Source: Botryllus schlosseri (Eukaryota). Taken from it: a stretch of 64,000 nucleotides of DNA. Positions within the stretch are counted from its first letter, which is position 1; each line of letters begins with the position of its first letter. Where the stretch lies: contig CM119371.1 in the NCBI GenBank assembly GCA_051294905.1, positions 32,924,001 through 32,988,000 on the forward strand, in the 5' to 3' direction. The translations under genes were made by a program, and so were the position numbers. The notes under the pieces were generated by a model. That model was not told where the DNA came from. It made no database searches and worked only from the letters and a program-made list of their open reading frames with translations. Shown one piece after another: positions 24,462 to 37,953 of this stretch.

Positions 24462-27240
24462 AGGCCTTTTGCAGGACTTCGATCACGTGACCAGATACGC
24501 ATAGCAACCACAAAAGCAACCACAAATTGGTTAGCAAGCTACTTTCTCGCGCACTTGCTTCAGTGCTAAATATCGCATGGTGTACTGTTGATTTCTGGTT
24601 GTAAACGTTTCTGAAATTTGTTGTAGAAGTCATCAGAGATCTACCTATGCTAGATACCATTCCTGTACAAAGCATATAGAATGATATCGTCAGAATTACG
24701 CAGAAATCCGTCGTTAACGTAGCCGTATTTTGGATACAGTATATTATCGTTTTCGGGCTGTAAACGTTTTATATAAAACGGAAGTGTCATGGAAATGCGC
24801 AAGGATTCAAATATGTTTGATGTTTTCGATTCATGAACTATGTAAACTTCTTGGGTCAAAATGATCGACATTGTAGCCGTTATTTGGTTGTCAACTATGA
24901 TTTTATGACACAAAATTCGACATTGCAGGACATTGACTGCGTGATATTTATTGCAGCATTAAGTTAGGTGTGGATAGTATACTACACTATAGTTGTATTG
25001 TAGTGGTAGTGTGTAATCATTGCAGCATTTTGATGATTGATATCGATTGCAATATATATATAGGATACTGCTATTTTTAGGCCTAGAGACAATGACTGCC
25101 AGTGCCACGTTGATGTGTTAGGAATTCATGCCATGTGCTACATACTATATATATATTAAACATCCTATGCTATTGTATGGCTTCTCAGTTGAAAAATTCA
25201 AAATATTTAGACCTGTACACCTATATTACAAGTTATTGATCATTCTGTCATGCTGCCAAGTGCTATTAGTCGAAGAAAAAATGATCATCAGCTCCAATTG
25301 AGGGTGCAACAAACTATCCCGAGGCCTGGATTACTTGATTGATTGCCTGGATTGGATTACTTCACTCTTTGGCACAGTGCAAATATCTTGAGTTTCAAAA
25401 CATGGCTATACCACATGTATACGAAATGATGATCTGATGGATCATCCCAAGAGAGCCGAACATAGGCAACTAAGAAATTGATGAAGCCCTCGTCACGAAT
25501 TCAGCCGGGAGCCATTTATTATCACCACATAAAACTCGGTCATGCAGTAGAAGGCAGCGTGGTTTCATGCCAACAGAAAATGTCAGCAGATGATCTGGCC
25601 ACTGACTAACTGTCCTGAACTTCTTTCCCGATGTTGATGTCTGCTTTGAAAATGATATTTCATTTGTGTACAGCAAGACAAGGGCTCTTCCGTAGATGGT
25701 ATGAATCTGTCTAGACAAGTGGCTGTGGAGGTATATGAAAATACATAGGCATAAGAGTCTCGGCAGTTATTAAACTTGATAAGGTTAACATGCATTTTTC
25801 TTCAACTATTTCTTATGCTCTGGGTATCGAATGCACAAAAATTAATAAATTGCACTCCTTTCCAGGTTTATTTGTAAATTCAACGAATCAAAGAATATCA
25901 TAAGTTCAGAATATTACGGAGTCAATGCAAAAGAAGCAATGTTTGTCGTCTTTAGAGGATGTTTCTGAGTTGGTTGAACCAATACACAGAGGGGGTCAGC
26001 AACGAAGTACTATTTTACCTGAGTACTAGCGTCATTATGAGTTTAGGCTACTTCCACTTCTACTTGACAGTTTTTATGTAGTACTTTTTTGTCAGGTTTG
26101 GGATTTTGTCAACTAGAAAGTAGCTTTGGCGCATGATTGCATCCCCTTCAAGCGTGAGGTTGTCATAACAACTGGGCAAAATAGCCCCAGTACCTCGGTA
26201 ACTAAATCAAATTTTGAAAATTGCACATATTTGTGGTGTCATCACCCTTTTGTGCTGATTAAGAAGATGCAACATGAAATGTTTACAGTTGTCACGTGGC
26301 ATCAATTTCTAAAACTAAGGGACCCTCAACCAAATCTACTTAGTGTAACGAATTTCTTGACTACTTTTCAGAAATTCATTTCTACTTCCACTTGAAGTAC
26401 TTTGGACATGTCCTGGAAGTAATTAGTGCTACTTGTACTTGAGTAGAAATTGAGGCATTACTTCTACTCGGTTCCCAACAATGATCACGTTGACCACCTC
26501 TGGGTATAGGATGACCGATCTTGTCACTGCGTTTGAGCTGCTCTAAGAGTTATTTGATAGTTACTGCCCTTAGTTCGCTAAATAGCGCACATATGTGACA
26601 TCAACTATTTATCAAAATCGTGTGTGATTTGCCAAATCCACTTCAATCGCAATTGTGAAGTAGTGCTAATAAGATCGGCATTGTAAAAGGCAACAATAAA
26701 GTGCACCGCTCTGCTTAGTCTTGATGGCAGGTTCTCCCAAAAGATACTTCCGATGTGTTCAGCGACATTTGTTTTATAGCAGCACGCCAGCACCCCAACC
26801 AGCAGCCAGTATATCCTGATCCTTGCGGGTCCCGGCTGCTTCAGTCATATCTTCCATCCAAAATCAGGCTCCACAACAGACAAATAGTTCTGCTTGATCC
26901 AACAAATACTCTTACCAGCATATAAACCAATCGCTTTACTTCAAATGCATAAATTTAAGTACATATGATCAGAGTTGAGTACCGTAATACGACTACGTTA
27001 CCGATGGATTTCTGCGTAATTCTGACGATAACATTCTAAATGCTTTGTACATGATTGACATCTAGCATAGGTGAATCTCTGATGACTTTTACAACAAATT
27101 TCCGAAACGTTTACAACCAGAAATCAACAGTACAATATGCGATATTTAGCACTGAAGCATGTGCGCGAGAAAGTAGCTTGCTAACCAATTTGTGGTTGCT
27201 ATGCGACCTAGTCACGTGATCGAAGTCCTGCAAAAGGCCT
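24462..27240. mobile_element. 2.8 kb non-autonomous DNA transposon with ~255 bp TIRs, PIF/ISL2EU-like
   Basis: AGGCCTTTTGCAGGACTTCGATCACGTGAC is mirrored at 27211-27240 and similarity extends to ~24729/26986; 2-bp TSD AA/AT; removal restores WAAP-IVAVTKSNGSVRICGDFK. Superfamily is inferred from termini only. Confidence 0.9.
25987..26502. mobile_element. Diverged CAGAGGTGGTCA-family MITE inside the long-TIR element
   Basis: CAGAGGGGGTCAG...TGACCACCTCTG and TACTTC subrepeats; no TSD retained. Confidence 0.8.
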
Positions 27241-28656
27241 ATTGTTGCCGTCACTAAGTCTAATGGATCAGTACGCATTTGTGGTGACTTCAAAGCATTG
27301 AATCAACAGATTCAGAAAGATCAACATCCCCTGCCCTCCTTGGAGGAGATCCTTCACAAGTTACAGGGTGGTTGCATTTTCACGGAAATTAATCTTGCCG
27401 ATGGTTATTTTCAGCTAAAGTTAAATGATGATGCGAAGAATTTGTGTGTCATCATCACGCAATTCGTTCTATTCCGTTATCGACACATGTGTTTCGGAGT
27501 CGCATCTAGCCCCGCAAATTTTCAACGCTGTATTGATGCCATGATCGCCGGCTTACCCGGTGTTGCTAGTTTTATCGATGACATAATCGTTACTGGCATT
27601 GATGAACGCGATTATTTTCGCAACTTATTGCTACTTTTTGAGCGCCTCACCGAATACGGTTTCACCGTCAACTTCGCTAAGTGTGAGTTTTTGAAAAGTA
27701 GTATCGAGTATCTTGGTCACATAATTGACAAGGATGGCAAACGCCCGTCTAACAAATCCGTTGAAGCAATCAAACAGTTGCCTAAACCTCAGGATGTTCG
27801 CCAGCTACAGGCATTCCCGGGCAAAGTCAATTATTATCGCGCGTTTATTCCTAGTTTCACGAATGAACCCGCTGCCTTGTACCCAGAGGTGGTCAGTAAC
27901 GAAGTACTTCTACTTTTTGAAGTACTTGAAGTAGATTTTGCCTACTCACACTACTTTTTAAGTAGTTATGATTTTAACTACTTCTACTTCTACTTGACAG
28001 TTTTCAGTTTCGTAGGCAAATATAACCGTAGAATACCTACTTACTTACTTGTGAACCACCACTCCTACTTCTACTTGAGTAGAAATTTCGGTGTTACTTC
28101 TACTTCTACTTGAGTAGCGACGGTGACTACTTTGACCACCTCTGCTTGTACCGTCTTCTGCAAAAAGACGCGAAATTCATTTGGAATATGGACTGTGACG
28201 TAGCTTTTCGCATTCTCAAAAACGACGTAATCGACGCTACGCAGTTAGCTCATTATGATGTAAACAAGCAGCTCATTTTGTCAACGGATGCTTCTCAATT
28301 TGGGATCGGCGCTGTACTCTCAATCGAGCGCGATGGCGAAGAGAGACCGATCGCGCACGCGTCGAAAACGCTTTCCGATTCGCAAAAATCCTACTCTCAA
28401 ATCGAGAAGGAAGCTCTGTCAATCATTTACGGAGTCACTAAATTTCGTCCATTCTTGTATGGTAGAAAATTTATGCTCGTCACGGACCACAAACCGCTTT
28501 TAACTATTTTCTCGCCGGACAAGAAAATTTCCGTGATTACAGCGCAACGCTTACAGCGATGGGCACTAACGCTCATGGCTTACCAATATGACATTCGCTA
28601 TAAACCGACTGATCAGCACGGAAACGCCGACGGTTTTTCTCGCCTACCAAAGGGTC
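27241..28656 (+). pseudogene. pol: pol: reverse transcriptase and RNase H, interrupted at 27884-28144
   Basis: FGVASSPANFQ, FIDDII, YLGH, TDASQFGIGAVL, YSQIEKEAL, TDHKPL, NADGFSRLP. Confidence 0.96.
27884..28144. mobile_element. 261 bp CAGAGGTGGTCA-family MITE
   Basis: Perfect TSD CTTGTACC; removal restores AALYRLLQK. Confidence 0.96.
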
Positions 28657-30672
28657 CAGTGATTCCCAAGTTCGGCCCTGAGGGCCGCGTGCGGCCTCCA
28701 GATAGCCTTCGTGCGACCCCCAAATAATATTAGGAAATCGATTATTAACAAAAATAAAATATATATTAATAAAATACTCTTGCTTGACTTGACCTCTGTG
28801 GTTTTTAATTAGAATTGCAGGAAAGTTGTGAGTATAGACTGCTAACGTTATATCACTGCTGTTTCAATGCAATGTGCCCTAACTTTCCAGGTGAACGAGC
28901 AGTAGCTGTAGATATAAATAGGTATTGATAACTTTCAAAACCGGAGGAAAATCTCTCCCGCGTGGTCGCTTGACTAAAAAAGAAAAAAAGGCTCAACTCC
29001 CGGAAAATACAGTTTTTCTTTCACATTAACACGTGGTTGACTGAAAAAAAAAACTTCTCGGTCCAGCTCCGAAATAGCCGCCGTAGCGTTCCTACAGTGC
29101 TGACTTAATGTATATCAGTCGAATTTGGCCCTATATGTAACCAAAATCCTCAAAAAAGAAGACAAAATCTCACAAAAAAGACATTTGGGCGTCCTCCGAG
29201 GACTTTTTAAAAACAATCAAAAAAGAGGACAAATCATCTTAAAAAAGGCGTATGGAAACCCTATAACTAGATGTGCATCACGTGACTTACGGTTGAATAC
29301 GCCGAGATGCATACTGCTTAGTCGGCTAAAAGCAGCATATTTGGTAGTCCTATATATATTCAGGGCCGTGACTGCCGCGCCCCAAACCCCTCAATTGAGG
29401 GGGCCGAGTTCGGAGGGGGCCCAAAATTATTTCGTGAATTATACAGTATTTTTTGAAAATTTATGCAACTTCTTAAAAAAATTTTCGCGCATGGCGCGAT
29501 TCCAATTCGCCGCATATCTAGATTATTGGGTATACTCTCCCCAAGAAAAAGTACGCAATATTTTATAGAATGGGCTTATCAGCGTTGGCCATGACCGCAC
29601 CACAACGCACAAAGACATATAAAGTTTTAGGCCATGTAACATGTGACTCCAAGAAGTGAGAAAGATCGGCAGCGAGAAAGCCTTGGCCATAAAGGACTGC
29701 TTTTATGCTGACCAAAAACTTCGTTATATATACAAAATACATATAGGTTTATTTATCCATATAGGTGCCTAAATGACTGGCGCCGAATGTCCTTGTCTTG
29801 GCAATCTGAACCTCTCAAGACAAGTACCATCCCGCAGGAAAGAAAATTATATGCCAGTGAAGAAATACCAATCTGAAATCGTGTGATCTTCCAGTTTAGT
29901 AGGTTTGGGCAATTCTACATTTTTTGATATAGCAGACATCAGGATGTCACGAAATAACGTCATGTGAAGAAGTCATATCTAGGGGTCTGACCGCCCGATG
30001 ATGTTTAATTTTATGGGGTCTGCAGTTTCAAGACACCTCTCACCCAGCTCTACCGGTAAATCGGATTACGTGGGCAAAGACGACAAACACGCAATTACCG
30101 ATCTTATCATGAATTATCGAAATATTCGGGCGTCGCGCTGTCTCAATACACAGTACAACTTTAGTTTCGTGGCAAAAGCGAACAATGTCATGCGGGGTCA
30201 GTTTATCACCCTATGGGAGCCCGGGGTCCTGACGAAGTGCCGTTACGTTCTTGCCAACGGGTATACCCCCGGATATGTTTAATTCCTATTGAGGGGGCCG
30301 ATACCTTTACAAACACACCTCACTCAGCTCTACCGGTAAATCAGATTACGTGAACATAGACAAGATGAAAATTGATAGCGATACATGCAATTCCCGATCA
30401 TATTGACCAATTCAGTCATGAAACTAAACAGCTTTCTCGCGCTTCGCGCGTTTAGAAGAGAAAAGCTGATTCACACAACGGACACCCAATGCAGCAGATG
30501 AGTAGCGGTAAACAGTGTACATTTTTGAAATCTCCCCAGGGCAATAAAACTACTCCGAAATACCCATGATGACTGTTTGAGTCCGTTTCATAGCCGTAGT
30601 ATCCGTGCGGCCCCGACCGTACTCTGAAATACTAAATTTGGCCCTCACACCGAAAAAGTTTGGGAACCACTG
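28657..30672. mobile_element. 2.0 kb composite hAT (Charlie-like) non-autonomous element; second copy at 51219-52842
   Basis: CAGTGATTCCCAA/TTGGGAACCACTG; removal restores SRLPKGPDPEFD; colinear with the 51219 copy. Confidence 0.92.
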
Positions 30673-32030
30673 GTCCAGACCCTGAGTTTGACGAACTGGA
30701 AATTCGTGAAAACGCGGAGATCGTTCACGCTATTAATATGGCATTCGATGGCCTACCGTTAACTCGCAATGAAATTCGCGACGCGACGCTGAAGGACAAA
30801 ACCTTGAAACTAGTAAAATTATCTGTCACTCATGGTAATTGGAATCCAAAGACGCACATTGATGATTTTTCTTGGTTTTTGACTCGCAAACATTCGCTTT
30901 CTCTGCACGAAGACATAGTCATGCTCAACATTGATGGTTTTCAGCGCGTAGTAATTCCGCAGTCACTTCGCTCGCGAGTCTTATCATTGTTGCACGAAGG
31001 ACATTGGGGTATCGCGAAAATGAAGCAGATGACTCGACGTTACATCGCATGGCCTTCCATTAATCGCGACATTGAAAATCTCGTTAAGAGTTGCGATGCT
31101 TGCCGTAAGGTAATGAAAGCGCCTGATCGTCAGTATCGCGAATGGCCAAAAACTTCTGAAAGCTTTGAACGAATTCACTTGAATTTCGCAGGTCTAATAA
31201 ACAATAAAATGTTTCTTGTCATCGTCGATGCGCATTCGAAATATCCTTTCGTTAAAGTAATGAATGTCGGTTCTACCACAACCTTGTGTGTGGTCAACGC
31301 TTTGAGGGAAGTCTTCTCTATCGAAGGCTTGCCCATAACAATTGTCACGGATGGCGGGCCGCAATTCACATCGAATGAATTCGATACGTTTTGCTCTAAG
31401 TTGGCAATCAGCCATATCACCGTCTTTTCACCCTGCCTCGAACGGGGAAGCGGAGCGAGTCGTCCAGACTTAAAAAGCTGGATTAGTAAAAAAATGCGAC
31501 GGGGGAAAAGATCTCAACTTCGCGCTCCAAACACTTCTCGCTACGTACCGATGTGCACCGCACCCAAGCATGTACTGGAAAACGCCTGCCGAGATTTTAC
31601 ATGGTCGACAGCCGCGTAATTTCTTAAGTTTGTGCTCGCCCTTCGACAAATCGAAACCCGTTACGACTGGACAATCAGTCACTCATTTCGAGATTGGTTC
31701 CTCGGTTTACGCTCGCAGTTCACGAAGCGGACCAAAGTGGGTTGCTGGCGTGGTGACGTAAATACTGGGGCGTGCTGTGTACATTATAAAAATAGATCAT
31801 GGGTATTAAAGAAGGCACAAAAACCAACTCCAACCACGCTTGATTTCAGCTGGCAATAATACAGCCACACAGGAAGTTGCTCAGCCTCAACAGTCACAAG
31901 CCGAGCAACCATAGGTTAGGAACAGGGCACAAGGTCATGCAGCTAGTCCTGTCCGTACGACGGGTAGACGTTATCCTCTTAGAAACAGGAAAGCCACCGA
32001 TTTCTATAGGCCTACGTAAATGTGGGCAAC
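30673..32030 (+). pseudogene. pol: pol: integrase, frameshifted near 31425
   Basis: HHCC motif (LHEGHWG...CDAC), RIHLNFAG (first catalytic D reads as N), VTDGGPQF, HPASNGEAER in a shifted frame. Confidence 0.93.
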
Positions 32031-32042
32031 CCTCTAACTTAC

Positions 32043-32050
32043 AGGGGAGG
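32043..32050 (+). promoter_or_regulatory. Polypurine tract
   Basis: AGGGGAGG, 2 nt before the 3' LTR. Confidence 0.85.
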
Positions 32051-32052
32051 AC

Positions 32053-32309
32053 TGTTATGTTCGTGCATTTACGTTCGGTGTCGTACAACTCTTTCTTTCT
32101 ATAGGATTAGTAATTACAGCCAATCATTATTTCCTCCTGTGCCATGCTTGTATTTATACCCTGTGTTCTGTTGTCTCGGGGGCCTTTTCGTTTACCTGCA
32201 CTCTGGATCGTGTCGCCTGTCGTAAAGTCATACTGCTGATAATATACTGATTTCTTATTGCAACCTCGTCGTACTGAGTTATTGTTCGAACAAGATCAAG
32301 AACATAACA
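32053..32309 (+). repeat. 3' LTR (257 bp)
   Basis: TGTTATGTT...AACATAACA, direct repeat of 22504-22760. Confidence 0.97.
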
Positions 32310-32377
32310 CTAATAAACAATATTATCGGTGTGACATGAACCTGACTTAACGATGAGCAATTACGCTCGCCCTTTAA

Positions 32378-32645
32378 CCCTACATGACTTTACCAAGAGT
32401 CTTTACCAATTTCGCTAATCAGCTGTACAATAACCTCCCGCAGGACGTAATAACGAGGAATCCTCTTCTTTTGAACCTAACTGTCTACCCGTTTCAAGAT
32501 TCCTCCCTAAGGCATAACACCATAACACGAATGGCGAGGTGGGGTCAGAATGACCCCATCAGATCTGAAAGCTTGTCGGCATGCCTTATTGACATATATT
32601 TGTTCACATGGGGTCAATATTGACCCCAACATTAGTGATGGCGGG
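32378..32645. mobile_element. piggyBac-type MITE
   Basis: TTAA-CCC...GGG-TTAA, 9/12 TIR match, internal GGGGTCA..TGACCCC hairpins at 32541 and 32610. Confidence 0.6.
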
Positions 32646-33247
32646 TTAATTTCGAAGCCATCATCTTCCACCAGCTCTACCGCTAACTCATGATCATGTG
32701 GGCAGAGAGTAGTAATTATATAGTAATATAGTGAACGACTAATATTATTGACAGACTTAATTCAACAAATTTACCGACCAGATGCATATAGAAACCAGAT
32801 TCATTGAGCAACTCCCCCCCCCCCCCCCGAAGTTGCATAGATTACCCTATGGTGGGTTCAAAATCATTGTTTCTTTGGGCAGAAAGGGGCTGAAAATGTG
32901 TTTTCGGTTCCGTTTACACAACACACAGCCACATATTCCTGAACCGGATCGTGCGACTACCTCTGGTCTAGGAGCAAAGCCTTACTACTGTGACGTCATA
33001 GCTCATTTTTAAATCCAATAGTGGGCGCTAAAGAGTGTCCGGAATTGGATTACATAAATATGGTAACATTAACCTAATCCCAACTGTAAAACTAACCCAC
33101 CACCATCCCTAAAATCCCTAACCCTCAACCCCGATATTCCAAACCCTTATATTTCCACGCTTGCTACTTTAGCCAAGAAATATTAGGGAATAACAGCAAT
33201 ATCAGCCCCGACAGAAAGCATGTTTTCAATTACGGATAACTTTTGTG

Positions 33248-33797
33248 CAGGGTTGTAACCAAGTCACAATGGCTCCGAGTCACAAGTCAATCTCACTTAT
33301 ATAGTTTTGACTCGAGTCAAGTCCGAGTCCAAGTCAGCGAGCAGAGGGTCGAGTCCGAGTCATGGAATTATGAATCGAGTCCGAGTCCAAGTCATTGTAT
33401 AGACTGCTCAGTTTCCAGTTAAAGTCTTGGTAAACCCACTTTTTATAACTCTGTTTGGTGATATCGGATGTTTCGCATTTATAATATACCAATTTTCCTC
33501 ACTTTTAGCAGTTTCTGGTCGTATATTCAAGTACCAGTACCAACAGACGAAATCCCAATAGTGTGTTGGCTTCGGAATTACAATGAAATGTCGGTCTTGG
33601 CCGTCTGAGTCTCGAGTCAATGACTTGGTTTGAGTCATGCGCAATGACTCGAGTCCAAGTCGAGTCGATACACAGATTGACTCGAGTCGAGTCATTTCCG
33701 TATTTTGAAAAAATGACTCGCGTCAAGTCGAGTCATCAGAAAATCGTGACTCGAGTCGGACTCCAGTCGATTCATGACTCGAGTCATTACAACCCTG
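33248..33797. mobile_element. hAT-type MITE with CGAGTC subrepeats
   Basis: TIR CAGGGTTGTAA/TTACAACCCTG; TSD CTTTTGTG/CTTTTGAA. Confidence 0.9.
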
Positions 33798-34376
33798 CTT
33801 TTGAATAGTATATTCATATTGAAATGAATATACTATTCAATTGTATATTGAAGTTCCGTACCTCAAAGAAGCTGTTCAACCCAGCTTTTGTGCGGCAAGT
33901 ATCAATAATCAATGTTACACACAATGTGCAATGCGATCATCATCCACGGCACGCACAAGTTGTATAACCAACTTATGGGAACGGCAGCAGTAACCAAGAA
34001 GATGGAATTATGATATACCGTCACACCGCCACATGGTGTCGCTATTCATCCTTCACACTCCTGCCAAACAAAGTAGCGAAATTTGCGTCATTCTCAGCAA
34101 AGAAATATCTAGGTCTGACGTATTATGGTGCAATTCACTGATTAGCGCGGTTCATTCTGGTGTGTTATAGGCTCGTTTTAATATTAGTTTTGTTTTAGGT
34201 AGAATAAGGTTAGTATTAGGTTACTTCAATCATTATCTTATAGTCGTGGCAGTTCGTTACTATCTAAGGCAAGGGCTTCCGGTTTACTTAACTGGCAGTA
34301 GCGAATACAAACGTCCTGCGTGTAGTTCTTGACTGATGGTTAGTAATTCAAGCAGTAGGTTATACGGCGTACATGA

Positions 34377-34470
34377 CTCTCCCTCTCTCTCTCTCTCTCT
34401 CTCCCTCTCTCTCTCTCTCTCCCTCTCTCTCTCTCTCTCCCTCTCTCTCTCTCCCTCTCTCTCTCTCTCT
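34377..34470. repeat. (CT)n microsatellite with CC interruptions
   Basis: Directly visible. Confidence 0.98.
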
Positions 34471-37400
34471 GAGTCAATCTACGATATGCGCTCGGTTATA
34501 GCTATGCGATAAGTCACGTGATGTAATATTTCTCAGACAGATCTCCGCACTGACCCATCTAAAAGGGAGTGATAGCGATAATCAAACCATATAGGTAACT
34601 AAATAGAACAGCGGATGCAAGTACAAAATGCAGAAATCGCAATACAGTAACTTACTACCTAATGTGCGGACTGATTGTAGCGGATGGTTATTATGTGAGG
34701 TGAAATCCCGTGGTCCAAGATACCATTACGTAACGGCATGAGGGTTGGAAGAAGCAACAGAAAAAGTTTGTGTTTTATTTAAATAAATGAAAACGGTGGT
34801 AGCGAAAAAGGAAGCGAATCGCGAGGACCGACAAGGGATTAGAAATGGCTGCCAACCGATTTAATATTGGCACTACCACCGCAGCTATTTACACTGTGTA
34901 CTTAATTCTTATCGATAGGTTCAGAATCGACTGAGACGGGTAAATAAGTAGTGTGGGAAGGTTGTGGTAACCCTATTTACGAACGAAAATCGAGCAACCA
35001 GATGTGTGTTATTGTTAACCGCCAAATATCTAATTTCCGTGACTGTGGGGCGAGCTATTAATCGAATAAGCGTTAAGGGAGCGGCGGCGGTAAGTGTTGA
35101 TGTGATCGGGGGAAAATTGCACAAAGCGATAGGAAATATCCACGTAAAACAAACACATTCTCCGAAGTGGTTGCGAAGAACGTCTGTCAATCGAAATCCA
35201 CTTCGTAATTGGAAGGGTTTACCGCGATAATCGGTCATGCAAGGGAATTGTGCTTTTCATGCTGAATGCGCTAAAATCAATAGGCTATATCTCAACAGGG
35301 AGGGGGCGCGAGGATGCCGGCTTGTACCAATGTCAATGATCATCGTAATATTTTATAACACCGCCGATTGTGAGAACCTGCCTGCGGGAACCACCCATAT
35401 GTGGCAGATGTCTCTTCACGACCCACGAACAGAGGTGTAAGGCCAAAACCGTCGCGGAAGCTGAAAATCTCCTGGTTCGAAACGTGTTCGTAGCCAGCCC
35501 GCGATCGGCTATAGGACGCAATCGGTGTAGCGTTCCAATTCGAACTGCTAATGCAGTTCTGGTATATGAAGCAGGTGACCGTTGGTATGAGCGTCTCCGT
35601 CATCTGGTACTTTAGCACGACTCTCGGTGGGGCGGCACGAATGTTGGGTACAAGTTTCTGGCATTCTAGGACACAAGACGGCAGCAGTCGCAATTCGGAT
35701 ACTAACAACAGGCGAGCAAAGTAAAATGGTAAGCACAATGGTAGCAAGCAAACGTATACACAAAATTTCAAAATGCGAAGCAGTATCTTGCGTCGCTTTG
35801 CCAACAATTTCGACCTGATCGGACAATGTATTTGTCGTCTGAGTATTGCCACATGGATATTGAGCAGAGTGTAATATGAGTTTCTATACTTGCTAGCGAT
35901 ATTACCTCATTGACAAGTTATACACCAGTACAGCCAACACCCCAGTCGCACGGATTTGGTTTTTATGATACAGTATACATATGTAGTCAAGTTTGACCCC
36001 GTACGCCTGCTAGATTTTTACATCAGAAGACGATATCAATCTCATTGATTGGTTGAATAAGGATCATTCGCTGACAAAATACAGTGTATTCTGCTCTTGA
36101 TTTCATGTGATTGCGGGTCAAGCTCACAGCACAGATACACTAAATATGCGCAAACGGAAAGCTGGATATTTCGAGCAAACGTTTGTAACAATATACCGGC
36201 AAATTTTTTGAGATTGTCAAGGGCATGATCGTTTAGTGTTGAATGTTTACGCTGCCACCTCCATGCATAGAGTGGCCTGAAGTTGAAAGTCAATAAATTT
36301 GAACCAAATATGTTATAATGAAGTAAAAATTGCAATATATGAAAAAGGTTCACAGTGCAGAACCTACCAAGGTTCTGTTGTGAACGCGAACCTCAAATTT
36401 TCCGAGGTTCACACACAGAACGCGAACGTGAACCTCACGTTCACACCATCCCTAGTTGCAATTACTTCAACTTGTGGTGGTGACGTCATATTTTGACGTA
36501 GGCAACCGACTCGTGAGAATGGTTGGAGAAAAAAGAAATCAAACGGGTCAACATGGCATGTCGAAACACGTGCATTGTGCTGGAGAAATAGATCGAGTGT
36601 CGATATCAAATCGCAATGTCGACGTGGGTTAATCAATACCACGGTCAGCCAACGAATCGAAAGATAAGTAATAAAAAATAAGTAATTATCACAGCACGCA
36701 CACCGAGCATATCGCAAATGTAAACGTGCACCCGGCTGCTTTCATGTGCTTCGAAGGCTTAAATAACAATGACGTATCGACCGGTGGCATACGCCGTAAG
36801 AACAGTATGTGTTAGGTCAAATTTGCCTAAACGCTGGATTATTATTATATCCAAAAACCGCATAATATTGTCCGGTCTGTGGATCATTTCAAGAAAAAGA
36901 CGTACGGGCGAGACGCAAGTCAGCGGAACTCTACTTATGCTTCGTTATGCAATCGTGAAAGTAAGTAGATTGATCTTAAACTTGAGGACCGTTGCAAATC
37001 ATGAATTCAATGCGCATTAGAATTGCTGAACCCCGCACTAGCAGTCCCTATATCTAAAAACGGTGTTGCGTGATGTCAAACCCAATGTCAGCAAAGTTAC
37101 TTGAATGCATAAACTTCTCATGCTCACAATATTACATATAAGCCAGGAGCGGAGCCGAAGACCTATAGACCCCGTACTTAACTGTTTCCCAGATTCACGA
37201 ATTCCTCAAGTAGCTCTAACGGGCTGATAATGTTAAGAGACTCGTGAGTATACAAAAATGTTTCATGGATCTGTGTGACCTGATATCAGTAGCACTGCCG
37301 TGAATTTACATGGCGACCATATCTGCTTAATGAAAATCAAGCAAGGAAGTAAGTAATCGAATGATCAATATTAGGTTAGAACAAAAAATGAAAGAAAATC

Positions 37401-37692
37401 GAGGCTTCGCGATTGTCATTAAGTCAATGGCGAAGTCATGGAGGTAAAATTGAAATAAAATGCGCAGCTATTTTTTGCGATAACGAATGACAGATCATAA
37501 CCTTGCAAATTCCGAGGCGCCGTTAAGCGTCGTCCGGAAGTCGAAGTTTTGTGCGCGTCAGATTAAGCTGACTCCGATGCGGGGCCAGGTGTGGCGCCTG
37601 CTCTGACATTTACAGACACGCCGTCGTAAACTGGGACGGAGGTATATGCGGAGGCGGCGTTAACTGCATTCAGTAATGTCTCGTTTGCGATG

Positions 37693-37953
37693 CTTGTTTG
37701 TTTGTTTGTTTGTTTTCGGGTATTCAAGGTGTTTGCCGACTACTATGGTCATTTACACCAGGCCGATATTCTTCTTATTTTCCGTAACTGCCGACTTATA
37801 GCACGGCCTACCTCTAGGCTTTTGTAAGACACCGCTGACGCGGATGAGGTGGGGAGGAGGAGCCTACGTAAAGCTCCAACACTTAGGTATCGGAATTTGA
37901 AACCCATTGGTGTTGCAGCCGCGCATTATACCATGGCGGTATCTCGCCACCTA
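37693..37953 (-). mobile_element. tRNA-derived SINE with (CAAA)n tail
   Basis: 13-bp TSD CTCGTTTGCGATG; colinear with 54652-54925 but lacks the B-box segment. Confidence 0.9.

Larger units (their letters stand above)
22504..32309 (+). mobile_element. Full-length, inactivated Ty3/Gypsy (Mag-like) LTR retrotransposon with three nested insertions
   Basis: Two 257 bp LTRs (TG...CA), TSD CTGAT/CTAAT, PBS, PPT, and domain order gag-PR-RT-RH-IN. Confidence 0.97.

Noticed and set aside
27884..28144. F/Y-rich C-terminus of ORF 27298-28113 and N-terminus of ORF 28110-28727 as novel domains
   Set aside because: Both are read-through of the TACTTC-rich MITE.
35340..35852. Overlapping ORFs with CGRC..H..C, LGGAAR and ILGH motifs
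   Set aside because: May be a gag-like relic, but the motifs are in different frames and the wrong order; too weak to call.
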